Positions 39,542 to 48,951 of a stretch of DNA of 64,000 nucleotides are shown here, in pieces. The position numbers and the translations under genes are program-made. This DNA is from an uncultured virus (IMG/VR IMGVR_UViG_3300032296_001854) (taxonomy: Duplodnaviria > Heunggongvirae > Uroviricota > Caudoviricetes). The notes under the pieces were generated by a model. It was not told the DNA's origin, ran no database searches, and saw only the letters and a program-made list of their open reading frames with translations. Numbering within the stretch: the first letter of the stretch is position 1; each line of letters begins with the position of its first letter. The stretch lies in the IMG/VR virus record IMGVR_UViG_3300032296_001854, one strand, 5' to 3'.

Positions 39542-39688
39542 ATGCCTAACGCACCTAAGACCCCAACGCGTACTATCCGCGTGTCAGACCAGCTATGGAC
39601 CGCTGTCCAAAAGAAAGCTGCAGCTGAGAAGGTTACTGTAACCAGTATTATTATTGAAGCCTTAGAAAACTATATTAAAGAAGACTAA
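39542..39688 (+). CDS. Ribbon-helix-helix DNA-binding protein, 48 aa (not in ORF track)
   Basis: MPNAPKTPTRTIRVSDQLWTAVQKKAAAEKVTVTSIIIEALENYIKED; leaderless TACACT-N6-ATG. Confidence 0.8.
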   Translation: MPNAPKTPTRTIRVSDQLWTAVQKKAAAEKVTVTSIIIEALENYIKED

Positions 39689-39692
39689 TCAA

Positions 39693-39848
39693 ATGGGAAA
39701 ACACCACGATAAGGTTGCCGCTGCTTTGAAGTGGCGTCAAGAGACCATGCCTAAGGGCAGTGGTTTTAAGAAGCCTGGGTCTATGAACCCACGCAAGACT
39801 GGGTTCCGCAGTTATACAGCAGCAGAAGCTCGTAAAAAGATAGGTTGA
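39693..39848 (+). CDS. Small basic hypothetical protein, 51 aa (not in ORF track)
   Basis: MGKHHDKVAAALKWRQETMPKGSGFKKPGSMNPRKTGFRSYTAAEARKKIG fills the gap between neighbours. Confidence 0.6.
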   Translation: MGKHHDKVAAALKWRQETMPKGSGFKKPGSMNPRKTGFRSYTAAEARKKIG

Positions 39849-39874
39849 CAAGTATCCAAACCCTGTAATAGGTT
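39845..39874 (+). promoter_or_regulatory. SigA-type promoter
   Basis: TTGACA-N18-TAGGTT upstream of SD AAAGGGG and ATG 39905. Confidence 0.65.
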
Positions 39875-39904
39875 GTGTATGTAAACAACAACCAAAGGGG
39901 ATTT

Positions 39905-40315
39905 ATGGATATCACCTCAGTACGCGGCTACATTAAGCAGTACTCTGCTATTAAAGATGAAGTCGAAACATTAACTAAAAGACAATCAGAACTAAAGTCT
40001 CGTCTTACACAGACGATTGATGAATATGGTTCAGCCGACGAACGCGGTCACATCGTTCTTTCCGTCCCAACCGATACATCGGAAGAAGACGACCTAACAA
40101 TTATGAAGCAACGTCGTGTGTCTAAGAATTTAGACATGGACCTTGCTGAAACTATTTTAACTAAAAAAGGTCTCAAAGATAAATGCATCAAGATGGTGCC
40201 ACAGATAGATGAAGCAGCAATCATGGCCGCTTTCTATGAGGGCTATCTCACGGAAGAGGATATTGATACAATGTTTCCCTCAAAGGTTACATACGCGTTT
40301 ATCGTAGGGAAATAA
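39905..40315 (+). CDS. Hypothetical protein with N-terminal coiled coil
   Basis: SD AAAGGGG; ORF in frame with the track's 39875 call. Confidence 0.7.
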   Translation: MDITSVRGYIKQYSAIKDEVETLTKRQSELKSRLTQTIDEYGSADERGHIVLSVPTDTSEEDDLTIMKQRRVSKNLDMDLAETILTKKGLKDKCIKMVPQIDEAAIMAAFYEGYLTEEDIDTMFPSKVTYAFIVGK

Positions 40316-40329
40316 CTGTTAAAGCTACT

Positions 40330-40803
40330 ATGACAGATGAAATAGATAAGATGTTTTCTGACTTGGATACATACTATCCAGGCAGTAAACGAAAGCGCAG
40401 GGAACCAAAAGCTCCCGAGGTAGAAGTTGACGATACGTGGGAATCAAAGTCCTACACTAAGACTCTACCTAATGGTAAGGACATGGAGTTCTATACCATT
40501 GGCGCTCTCGCTCAAGCGTTAGGACGACCAGTGATTACTATCCGTCAATGGATAAAGTCAGGTTACCTACCGCCATCACCATACAGGCTTCCTACAAAGA
40601 AGAATGTAAAGGGAGAAGACCACAAGGGTCGCAGACTATATTCTAAAGCTCAGATTGATAGCGTGGTAGAATTGTTTAAGGTCGCTGGCGTTTTGCACGT
40701 GAAGCGAATACAGTGGCCTAATCAGCAATTGACTAACGCAATCGCTGAGGCTTGGAAGAATATCCAAGTCGAAGACTCTAAAACAACTGAAACAAAGGAA
40801 TAG
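40330..40803 (+). CDS. MerR-like HTH DNA-binding protein
   Basis: 'YTIGALAQALGRPVITIRQWIKSGYLP...RRLYS'. Confidence 0.8.
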   Translation: MTDEIDKMFSDLDTYYPGSKRKRREPKAPEVEVDDTWESKSYTKTLPNGKDMEFYTIGALAQALGRPVITIRQWIKSGYLPPSPYRLPTKKNVKGEDHKGRRLYSKAQIDSVVELFKVAGVLHVKRIQWPNQQLTNAIAEAWKNIQVEDSKTTETKE

Positions 40804-40810
40804 AAAAACT

Positions 40811-41473
40811 ATGGCAGTAAACCGCACGGAAGAATATCTTCCACAAAACGATGAGTTCGACACCGCAACCATCGAAGAACGACCAGTAGCAGCAACTACA
40901 AATGCTGTTCAATCAGGCTGGGATGCAGCAGAAAAGCTAACTACAGCCACAGGTGACTACCCAACAGAATTTAAATTTGTTGATGGTGAGTTCACAATCG
41001 TCAAGTTCATTGACCAAAATGGTCCATTCGCAATCTACAAACAGCATTTCCTACAGCAGAAAACTGTTGGTAAGCGTTCGTATGTTTCACTTGGACCCAA
41101 CGACCCACTATGCACAAAGCTAGGTAGCAAGCCAGAAGATAAAAGAGCATTCACTATTGCAGTGGTTACTCCTTCAGGCGTTGTTCGCCAAATGCTTATT
41201 GCAAGCCCACGTTTGTACAAGACATTGTACGCAGCAGAGTTTTCTCCACAAGGACCTCTGACAAAGAACTACTGGGCTATTAGCCGTACAGGCAAAATGC
41301 AACAGACTGTGTATCACCTCAACGCAGTAAAGCCTCGTGACCTCATGGAAGATTGGGGTATTGATGAAAAGATGGCGGAAGAAGGCGTGGCAACAATCAA
41401 GCCATTTGAACGCTCTGTAATCAAAGAACACACATGGGCTGAACTAGAAGAGATTGCAAACTCTCTTCTATAA
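40811..41473 (+). CDS. Single-stranded DNA-binding protein (gp32-like), putative
   Basis: 'IVKFID..P...YKQHF', 'DPLC', 'ISRTGK...T.Y'; lies before polA. Confidence 0.6.
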   Translation: MAVNRTEEYLPQNDEFDTATIEERPVAATTNAVQSGWDAAEKLTTATGDYPTEFKFVDGEFTIVKFIDQNGPFAIYKQHFLQQKTVGKRSYVSLGPNDPLCTKLGSKPEDKRAFTIAVVTPSGVVRQMLIASPRLYKTLYAAEFSPQGPLTKNYWAISRTGKMQQTVYHLNAVKPRDLMEDWGIDEKMAEEGVATIKPFERSVIKEHTWAELEEIANSLL

Positions 41474-41483
41474 CCACTAGAGT

Positions 41484-41529
41484 TCTGAGGGCCAGTAAAC
41501 TTAATCCCCTTTCGTCGCTGGCCCTCAGA
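41484..41529 (+). other. 12-bp stem-loop with a 22-nt pyrimidine-rich loop
   Basis: tctgagggccag-(taaacttaatcccctttcgtcg)-ctggccctcaga; no U tract. Confidence 0.7.
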
Positions 41530-41552
41530 CACCTATCAATCGAGGCAATCAT

Positions 41553-43526
41553 TTGAATATCATTACTACAAAAGAACAGCTAAAAGAACTTGTTGATTAT
41601 TACCTTGCACAAGAAGCATTTGCATTTGACGTAGAAACGGTCGGCGATAGAAGAGGAGTACCTGTTGTTAATCAAGTACTATGGCTTAGCCTTGCGACTT
41701 ATGGTCGTGGGGATGTTATACCGATGGGCCATCCTCATGGTGAATTTGTATCAGAAAGCTTCCCACTTACAGGACAGGGGGAGAAGCGTGTATTGGCTGG
41801 TTTACAAGCCCGCGAAAGCGATTACTCTAGGGACAAGCGCAAAGCTACTAGGACTTTCGAATCTGCTCCTGAACAACTATCGCCAGCAGAAGTCTTTGCT
41901 GAGTTAAAACCTTTATTTTTTAGTGACAAGTTAAAGATTGGTCACAACCTAGTATTCGACCTTTGTTCTGTAGCAAAGTACTTTGATAAAACAATTCCAG
42001 TAGGTCCATACTTTGACACAATGGTGGGCTCGTTTATTTATGACAACCGCAATAAGAACAAGTGCGGTCTTGATGATTGCTTAGAGCGCGAGCTTGGATA
42101 CATGATGGAGAAGGGTGTGGGTGCTCAAGTAGAGGTCCACGCTTTTAGCGTTGTTGCCAAGTATGCGTACTTAGATGCTAAGTATACGTTTATGCTTTGG
42201 AAAGTAGTACGCGATAAGATTAAAGAGTCTGGCGTAGAAAACATTATGAAGCTAGAGATGGATGTGCTTGAGGTTTTATGCCACATGAAACTTCACGGTG
42301 CTCCTATAGATACAGATGCGCTTTCTGAGTTGCATACCAAACTAGAAGCAGACATTGAGGCTGCTAGAGCACAGATTTATAAGCAAGCAGGCAGAGTATT
42401 TAACATTAACTCTAACCAAGAGAAACAGTATCTTTTGTACAGCAAGAAGTCTGAGGGAGGACGAGGTCTTAAGCCAAAGATTCTTACTAACAAAGGTGCT
42501 GAAAAAGAAATGCAAGGCAAAGACCTTGACTACATGGACTACTCAGTATCAGCTGAGGCTTTAGAACCATATCGAGATAAAGACCCAATGGTCCACGCCT
42601 TACTGGAGTACGCTGACCTTAATAAGTTGCTTAGCACTTATGTTATTCCGTACCTTGGTGGAGATGTTGTTCGTACAGTGGGTGGTAAATCTAAAGTAGA
42701 GTATAAAGAAAGCCTGTTAGTAAGCGGTCGTATACATGCTGACTTTGTACAGCACGGTGCTGAGACTGGCCGTTTTTCTAGCCGTAACCCAAATCTGCAG
42801 AACATACCTAACCCATCTGCTAGTGAAAACGGTAAAGCTATTCGTAATCTCTTTTACGCACCTGAGGGCTACAAGTTAGTGGTCGCTGACTACTCACAGA
42901 TTGAGCCTCGTATTATTGCGTCTATGTCTAAAGATAAAACCATGATGAAAAATTATCTTGAAGGGCAAGACATCTACACCACTGTAGGAGATGTCATGGG
43001 CGTCAACCGTCAGGCTGGTAAAGTCTTAGTTTTATCTATGGCTTATGGCGTAGGACCAGACAAGATTGCTCGCTCCATAGGTTGTTCAGTTACAGAGGCT
43101 AGAAATCTTCTTGGTGACTTTGCCTCCAAATTTGGTGCGGTTAACTCCTATAGATTAAAAGTAGTGGGCGCAACTAAACAAAAAAAGTACGTTACTACCA
43201 TAATGGGTAGAAAACGGTACATTCCAGACATTGTATCCAAGGACTTTATTAAACGTGGTAGTGCTGAGCGCCAAGCATTCAACACACGTATCCAGGGTTC
43301 TGCTGCCGACATCATGAAACTTGCTATGATTAGGGCACATAGACTTATCCCAAAGGAATCAAGCATCCTACTTACCGTACATGATGAGTTGGTTACTTTA
43401 ACCCCAGCCAGTCTTGCTGAAGAGACAGCCGCGGCTATCAGAGAGGCTATGGAAGGTATTCAACTTCTTGATGTTCCGTTATTAGCGGACATCACGACCG
43501 TGCAGAGGTGGGGTGAGGCAAAGTAA
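41553..43526 (+). CDS. polA: DNA polymerase family A with 3'-5' exonuclease
   Basis: 'FDVET', 'GHNLVFD', 'TGRFSSRNPNLQNIP', 'ADYSQIEPR', 'IQGSAADIMK', 'VHDEL'; TTG start. Confidence 0.97.
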   Translation: MNIITTKEQLKELVDYYLAQEAFAFDVETVGDRRGVPVVNQVLWLSLATYGRGDVIPMGHPHGEFVSESFPLTGQGEKRVLAGLQARESDYSRDKRKATRTFESAPEQLSPAEVFAELKPLFFSDKLKIGHNLVFDLCSVAKYFDKTIPVGPYFDTMVGSFIYDNRNKNKCGLDDCLERELGYMMEKGVGAQVEVHAFSVVAKYAYLDAKYTFMLWKVVRDKIKESGVENIMKLEMDVLEVLCHMKLHGAPIDTDALSELHTKLEADIEAARAQIYKQAGRVFNINSNQEKQYLLYSKKSEGGRGLKPKILTNKGAEKEMQGKDLDYMDYSVSAEALEPYRDKDPMVHALLEYADLNKLLSTYVIPYLGGDVVRTVGGKSKVEYKESLLVSGRIHADFVQHGAETGRFSSRNPNLQNIPNPSASENGKAIRNLFYAPEGYKLVVADYSQIEPRIIASMSKDKTMMKNYLEGQDIYTTVGDVMGVNRQAGKVLVLSMAYGVGPDKIARSIGCSVTEARNLLGDFASKFGAVNSYRLKVVGATKQKKYVTTIMGRKRYIPDIVSKDFIKRGSAERQAFNTRIQGSAADIMKLAMIRAHRLIPKESSILLTVHDELVTLTPASLAEETAAAIREAMEGIQLLDVPLLADITTVQRWGEAK

Positions 43527-44008
43527 TGTGGCCTTTTAAGAAAAGAAAACCCTTAAACATACAGTTTGAAACTGTAAATTCAGAAATACCTTTGGGTACA
43601 CTAATGCGTTGGTTTTTGTATGACACCGACCTAGCTGAAGACCCTAACACTATTGCTAAAATATTAGGTATGACTCCCGTCAGTGAAGAGGGAGACGAGC
43701 ATGAGATGCAAGAAAGCGAAAAAAGATTAGAGCAGATTGCTTATTTACTTCCATACATAGACATGATGTCTGATATGACAGCGGATGTTATAACTGGCAT
43801 ACAGCTCGATGAACTAATGAAGCACGACCCAGGCAATGAAAAAGAACGTGAGCGCGAAAGAGAAATGATGCGCATGATGTATAAGATGATTGCGTTTTCT
43901 TCACTTCTTGGGGGCTTGTCTTCTGGCGTACAACTTGGTTTAATTAACCCAGGGGAAGTATTTAGTACAAGTTTAGATTTTAGAAAGTTGGAGGACTTAG
44001 GTGAGTAA
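43526..44008 (+). CDS. Hypothetical protein
   Basis: Translationally coupled 160-aa ORF. Confidence 0.7.
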   Translation: MWPFKKRKPLNIQFETVNSEIPLGTLMRWFLYDTDLAEDPNTIAKILGMTPVSEEGDEHEMQESEKRLEQIAYLLPYIDMMSDMTADVITGIQLDELMKHDPGNEKEREREREMMRMMYKMIAFSSLLGGLSSGVQLGLINPGEVFSTSLDFRKLEDLGE

Positions 44009-44333
44009 CAACTGGTGGGCAAGCAAACTTGGTGGTCAGCCTTCAAACACATTTCAAACGCCACCGCCTGCTCCACGACCAGTACAACAACCAACCCCGC
44101 CAGTAGAAAACATCCGAGTATCAGAGCGTTGCCCAGGATGCGGCAGTCAAAATTATGGTGGAGCAACCCCAGAGTCTAGAAAGCGTTGTTACGATTGTGG
44201 CTACCCTATAGTACAATCGGGTACTGGAATGAGAGGAGTAAACACGGGTCAGTCGGCTGCGGGGCCAGCGCAACCAGCTAAACAAGTATCAACTGGCGGA
44301 TACAATCCAACCACAATCATAGGGAAGATTTAA
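44001..44333 (+). CDS. Zn-ribbon protein
   Basis: 'CPGCGS...CYDCGY'; SD GGAGG. Confidence 0.75.
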   Translation: MSNNWWASKLGGQPSNTFQTPPPAPRPVQQPTPPVENIRVSERCPGCGSQNYGGATPESRKRCYDCGYPIVQSGTGMRGVNTGQSAAGPAQPAKQVSTGGYNPTTIIGKI

Positions 44334-45385
44334 TGAATGCAGAATTAGTAAAAGTATTACGAAACATAAATAAAAAATACGGCGAAGACACAATCATTTT
44401 AGGTTCTGAGATTAAGACCGATGTATCTCAGCGTATAACAAGTGGTTCAATAAGTTTAGATGTAGCCCTTGGTGGTGGGTGGCCAGTAAATCAATGGCAC
44501 GAAATTATTGGCGAGGCAAGTAATGGCAAGACTGCTATCGCACTTAAAACAATTGCTGCTAATCAAAAGAAGAACCCAGAGTTCACTACCGTTTGGGTAG
44601 CCGCTGAGCAATGGGTCCCTAGTTACGCAGAGATGTGTGGAGTAGACGCAAGTCGTGTGTATGTAGTCTCAACAAATGTAATGGAGGAAGCCTATGAATC
44701 GGTCATCCAAATTACTGGCAGTAAAGCGGTCGATTGTATTGTTATTGATTCGTTACCTGCCCTGGTCCCTACAACAGAGGACGATAAAGAGATGGAGATG
44801 GCTACTGTAGGTCGTGGCGCTCTTCTAACTAATAAGTTTTTTCGTAAGGTTGGTAAAGCATCTAAGCGTTCATTGGTAGAACCAGAGCGCCCTTTTATAG
44901 GTATTGTTATTAACCAATGGCGCTCAAAGATTGGCGTCATGTACGGAGATGACCGTACTACCCCAGGCGGTTTAGGTAAAGACTATGCGTTCTTTACCCG
45001 CCTAGAAATACGTCGTGCTGGCTGGATTGAGGTTGGTTCAGGCCAAGAAAAGAGACGTGTGGGTCAAGAGGTTAAGGTACGAGTAATCAAAAACAAGTCT
45101 GCCCCACCATCCCAAGTGGCATCTTTTGACTTTTATTTTGCCAAAGGCAATGGGCTTTTGGCTGGCGACCTGGACTTTGCCAAAGAAGTATTGGCTATCG
45201 GAATTGTCAACAAAGTGATAACCAGAGCTGGTGCTTACTACCGCTACGGCGATAGACAGTGGCAAGGTTCCGATGCTATGCTTGACTCTATACGGGAAGA
45301 AATTGATTTAAAGGAGACACTCGAGCGTGACGTTCTTGACTCAATCAAACAAGGCTCTAAGTTAGTAGCCGAGGATGAAGAGTAA
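44333..45385 (+). CDS. recA: RecA recombinase
   Basis: 'SGSISLDVALGGG', 'GEASNGKT', 'IVIDS', 'INQWR.KIGVMYG..RTTPGG', 'KNK'. Confidence 0.93.
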   Translation: MNAELVKVLRNINKKYGEDTIILGSEIKTDVSQRITSGSISLDVALGGGWPVNQWHEIIGEASNGKTAIALKTIAANQKKNPEFTTVWVAAEQWVPSYAEMCGVDASRVYVVSTNVMEEAYESVIQITGSKAVDCIVIDSLPALVPTTEDDKEMEMATVGRGALLTNKFFRKVGKASKRSLVEPERPFIGIVINQWRSKIGVMYGDDRTTPGGLGKDYAFFTRLEIRRAGWIEVGSGQEKRRVGQEVKVRVIKNKSAPPSQVASFDFYFAKGNGLLAGDLDFAKEVLAIGIVNKVITRAGAYYRYGDRQWQGSDAMLDSIREEIDLKETLERDVLDSIKQGSKLVAEDEE

Positions 45386-45716
45386 AGGACAAAGGGAGTC
45401 GAAGAAACACGAGGACCGATTAGCAAAAGCAATTGGTGGTCAGCGTAATGCTGGCAGCGGTGCGTTTTGGAGTCGGAAGGGTGATGTTCGGTCTAAAGAC
45501 TTGTTAATAGAACACAAGTGGACTGGCAAAGCCACCGTGACTATCAAGGCCACGGTTCTAGAGAAGATTGTTAAGGAAGCAATCCTTGACAGTCGCACTC
45601 CAGTACTCGGTTTCAGTCTCAACGATGAAAACTATGTGATGTTACTGGAGGACGATTTTCTAGAACTACGCCAGAAAACTTTGGAGTGTAGTTGTTCGAA
45701 GATATCGGCCACTTAG
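45375..45716 (+). CDS. PD-(D/E)xK nuclease, Holliday junction resolvase-like
   Basis: 'HEDRLAK...GSGA...KGDV...LIEHK'. Confidence 0.7.
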   Translation: MKSKGQRESKKHEDRLAKAIGGQRNAGSGAFWSRKGDVRSKDLLIEHKWTGKATVTIKATVLEKIVKEAILDSRTPVLGFSLNDENYVMLLEDDFLELRQKTLECSCSKISAT

Positions 45717-46009
45717 AAGGTTGGCGACATCAAGCCAAGTGTCGGGGGATGGACACAGAGCTTTGGTTTCCTCCTAGAGATAAAGCCAAATATAAAAAAA
45801 TTGCATCCGTATCTAAAGCTGTCTGCTTTGGACGTGATGGCTTACCTGAATGCCCAGTGCGTAAGGAATGTTTGCTGTATGCAGAAGCACAAGAAGAACA
45901 ACACGGTATATGGGGTGGCATGTCGCATCGTGAGCGTAATGCGCTTAAGCGTAAAGCAAAGAAGCACGGCAAAACCCTAGAGGAGTGGATACTTGACGGA
46001 GACCTGTGA
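45692..46009 (+). CDS. whiB: WhiB-family Fe-S transcription factor
   Basis: 'W...AKC...D.ELWFP', 'C...CPVRKECL.YA', 'GIWGGMS.RER'. Confidence 0.93.
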   Translation: MFEDIGHLEGWRHQAKCRGMDTELWFPPRDKAKYKKIASVSKAVCFGRDGLPECPVRKECLLYAEAQEEQHGIWGGMSHRERNALKRKAKKHGKTLEEWILDGDL

Positions 46010-46021
46010 TACGGTGTCGGT

Positions 46022-46873
46022 ATGACAGAAAAGTACAAGCCAGGTGGGGCACTAAAATCATTTTTAGATGCGGGCAAAAAACCTTCACGAGTTCTAGGTT
46101 CGGTAGAACGCTACGTTCTATCTAAACCAACGGATAAATCTAGACGCACAGACGTCTTACACCCTTCAGAGATGGCTGGCGATGAGTGGTGCTATAGAGC
46201 ATCTTACTTTCAGTTAAAAGGCCATTTACCATTAGAAAGCTCACGTCGTAATAGTCTAAGGCTTCAATCAGTTTTTGCAGAGGGTCACGGCATTCACGCT
46301 AAGTGGCAACGATGGTTTCAAGAAATGGGCCACTTGTACGGAAAATGGTACTGCAAAGATTGCGACGAGTATTTTTGGGGCGGGTCTGACTGCCACGAAG
46401 GTCCACTAGAGTATAAAGAAGTTCCGTTGTTTTACGAACCACTGCGCATCTTTGGGCATGCAGATGGTTGGCTTACTAATTTTGGTGACCCGTTAATGCT
46501 AGAAGTAAAGTCAATAGGTTTTGGAACTATACGCTGGGAGAACCCAGAAATGGCAAAAGAGTTTGGAACCATGGAGAAGGTGTGGCCAGAAATCAAAGCT
46601 CCATTTGCTAAACACGTAACTCAAGTACAAATCTATATGAAACTTGCAGAGCTATTAGGGTATGACAATTACCCACGAGAAGCTGTTCTTATTTATGAGA
46701 ACAAAGCTACGCAAGATGTAAAAGAATTTGTTGTACCAAAAAGTGATTTTGCTATTGCGCCTTTATTTGAGGCTGCCGCTATGATTGTCGAATCAATTAA
46801 CAACAACACTCCACCCGCTTGTAACTTAGATAAGTGGGGCGGATGTTCAAAGTGCGGAGGCTATAATGAGTGA
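46022..46873 (+). CDS. Cas4-like PD-(D/E)xK exonuclease
   Basis: 'HPSE...C.R', 'G.GIH', 'GHADG', 'LEVKS', 'QVQIYM' and a C-terminal Cys cluster. Leaderless TACGGT-N6-ATG. Confidence 0.85.
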   Translation: MTEKYKPGGALKSFLDAGKKPSRVLGSVERYVLSKPTDKSRRTDVLHPSEMAGDEWCYRASYFQLKGHLPLESSRRNSLRLQSVFAEGHGIHAKWQRWFQEMGHLYGKWYCKDCDEYFWGGSDCHEGPLEYKEVPLFYEPLRIFGHADGWLTNFGDPLMLEVKSIGFGTIRWENPEMAKEFGTMEKVWPEIKAPFAKHVTQVQIYMKLAELLGYDNYPREAVLIYENKATQDVKEFVVPKSDFAIAPLFEAAAMIVESINNNTPPACNLDKWGGCSKCGGYNE

Positions 46874-47360
46874 GTTAGTTGCTACAGGTATAAGTGAGAT
46901 TGTTCTACAGCAGTTAGAAGCACAAGGACTTCCATTAAAAAGAAAGATGGACATTGCCCCACCCCCATTCCCTGAGGATATAACGTTAGTTGATGACCAA
47001 GACTTAATGATTATGGCTGCAAAGTACATGGAGAATCTAAACTTTCTTAGAACTCAAGTTGCCTGTGCATCATTGGCAGAGTTAGAGGCTACTAATAATT
47101 ATGAGATAGAAGTGGCTCGTGGACTATTAACTAAGACCAACGGAAAGACTACGGAAAAAGCCGTTATGTTAAAAGCATCTGTGTCTACCGATGACACGGT
47201 AATGGTGTTAGAGAAAGCAAAGAACTATGCCCATGCTTATCGTAAGTTATTAGAGACAGCATTAGAAAACCTAGAGCGGTACTACTCACTAACTAGTAGA
47301 GAGCTTACTCGACGTACCTCTAACGGTAGGTCAGGATTTGGAAATAGATTTGTACCATGA
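46866..47360 (+). CDS. Helical hypothetical protein (possible recombination mediator)
   Basis: Coiled-coil-like, 'SRELTRR'; in the recombination cluster. Confidence 0.6.
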   Translation: MSELVATGISEIVLQQLEAQGLPLKRKMDIAPPPFPEDITLVDDQDLMIMAAKYMENLNFLRTQVACASLAELEATNNYEIEVARGLLTKTNGKTTEKAVMLKASVSTDDTVMVLEKAKNYAHAYRKLLETALENLERYYSLTSRELTRRTSNGRSGFGNRFVP

Positions 47361-47914
47361 CCTTAAAAAAATTTGATGGAGGTCTGTCGGTCACAGGCAG
47401 TAGCCTTTTGTATTTGGGTATTGACCAGTCATACAGCGGTTTTGCGTGCACGCTGCTTTCAACAAATGGCACATACTTAACAACAGTATTTAAGTCTGAG
47501 ATTAAAGGCATAGATAGACTTGTTGAGATTAGGAAGTTTTTAAAAGAAACGCTTGATGGTGCAAAGTACCCTATAGAAGACATAGCCATGGAAGATTACG
47601 CTTTTGCTGGTCAAGGCAGGGTGTTCCATCTAGGTGAGCTTGGGGGTATGGTTAAACTTGTATGTAGAGACGCGGGGTACTACCCGCTTCTTGTCCCGCC
47701 TACGAGCCTAAAAAAGTATGTAACAGGCAAGGGGACGGGTATACAAAAGGCTCAAATGCTACTTTACATTTATAAAAAATGGGGGGTAGAATTTACCGAC
47801 GACAACGCCGCAGACTCGTATGCATTAGCAAGACTTGTGGCTGGGCTTCATGGACCAGCATACGAGAAAGAAGTGTATGACAAGTTGCAAGGCGCAGACC
47901 ATAGGGAACGATAA
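47357..47914 (+). CDS. RuvC-like Holliday junction resolvase
   Basis: 'LGIDQS', 'AMEDY', 'LGELGG', 'LKKYVTGKG', 'DNAADS'. Confidence 0.88.
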   Translation: MTLKKFDGGLSVTGSSLLYLGIDQSYSGFACTLLSTNGTYLTTVFKSEIKGIDRLVEIRKFLKETLDGAKYPIEDIAMEDYAFAGQGRVFHLGELGGMVKLVCRDAGYYPLLVPPTSLKKYVTGKGTGIQKAQMLLYIYKKWGVEFTDDNAADSYALARLVAGLHGPAYEKEVYDKLQGADHRER

Positions 47915-48475
47915 ATGACAACAATCGTAGGAGTGCAGCATAAAAACAAATGCGTACTAGGTGCAGATAATCAAGTAACCGATGACGACGGCCGCATTTT
48001 TAGACACAAGAACATGGTTAAGATTTCACAATTAGCTAATGGAGTGTTGCTTGCTGGTGCAGGTGAGGTTGGGGCCTGCGATATTGCCCAACACCTGTGG
48101 AAACCACCCCGTATGACATCTAAAGATAAGGCTGACACCTATCACTTTGTTATTTCAAAGTTGATTCCTTCTTTGCGTGAGTGCCTAAAAAATAATGGTT
48201 ATAACTTTGATGAAGAAAGACCAAAGAACGACAAGGGCCAAAGATTTCACTTCTTGATAGCTGTTAATGGTGAAATATTTGATGTTAGCGAAGACCTATC
48301 TGTGTGCCAAGCTAATACAGGGTTCTATGGAGTAGGTAATGGTTCTGGTTACGCTCTAGGGGCTTTGCATGCTGGCGCAACCATACAAGATGCGTTAAAG
48401 ATAGCTGAAGATTTAGATGTGTATACCTCAGGACCTTTTCTTATATTAGAACAGAAAAAATTTAATGAAAGATAA
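47915..48475 (+). CDS. HslV/proteasome-beta-like Ntn threonine protease
   Basis: Starts MTTIVG (nucleophilic Thr); 'GAD', 'K', 'GAG', 'G.GSGYALGAL', 'DVYTSG'. Confidence 0.85.
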   Translation: MTTIVGVQHKNKCVLGADNQVTDDDGRIFRHKNMVKISQLANGVLLAGAGEVGACDIAQHLWKPPRMTSKDKADTYHFVISKLIPSLRECLKNNGYNFDEERPKNDKGQRFHFLIAVNGEIFDVSEDLSVCQANTGFYGVGNGSGYALGALHAGATIQDALKIAEDLDVYTSGPFLILEQKKFNER

Positions 48476-48695
48476 GCAGTTTGATAAGCAGTTTAGGGCC
48501 CACGGTTATATGACCGTTGATGAGTTCATTAATAAGCTAACCCCTGGTCTGAAATACTATCTATTACATAACTGGACTAAGGATGAAACTAGCCTTCACC
48601 ATCCTGAAGACCTTGCCTCAAACGCCCTTGTTTATATGGAGGTAGCATTCTCAGTGATAGGACAGTTTGGTGCAGCGCCACACGAAAAATATTAG
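48465..48695 (+). CDS. Hypothetical protein
   Basis: ORF overlapping its neighbours within the operon. Confidence 0.55.
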   Translation: MKDKQFDKQFRAHGYMTVDEFINKLTPGLKYYLLHNWTKDETSLHHPEDLASNALVYMEVAFSVIGQFGAAPHEKY

Positions 48696-48900
48696 GGAAT
48701 TAAAGCCCGATTACACAGGTTCTATGGACTATGCAGACCAGGTTATGCATGAATGCCCTATTTGCGAGTCAACTATATGGAATATAAAAGCTCAATTTGA
48801 GGATTATGAAATGGCTACGTACTTTCTGGACATGGAGTGCAGCAGCTGCGGTACCTATGGCAGGGCCCCTACCCCTTTAGACAGACCAAATCTAATTTAG
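48667..48900 (+). CDS. Zn-ribbon protein
   Basis: 'CPIC...CSSCG...APTPLD'. Confidence 0.65.
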   Translation: MVQRHTKNIRELKPDYTGSMDYADQVMHECPICESTIWNIKAQFEDYEMATYFLDMECSSCGTYGRAPTPLDRPNLI

Positions 48901-48951
48901 ACTTCATAATTGTACTTACGGGAGTCCCACTATACGTAAACCGAGGTACAA

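Noticed and set aside
46022..46873. Cas4-like nuclease as evidence of a CRISPR system
   Set aside because: No repeat-spacer array or other cas genes are present. Solo Cas4-like exonucleases are routine in phage recombination modules.
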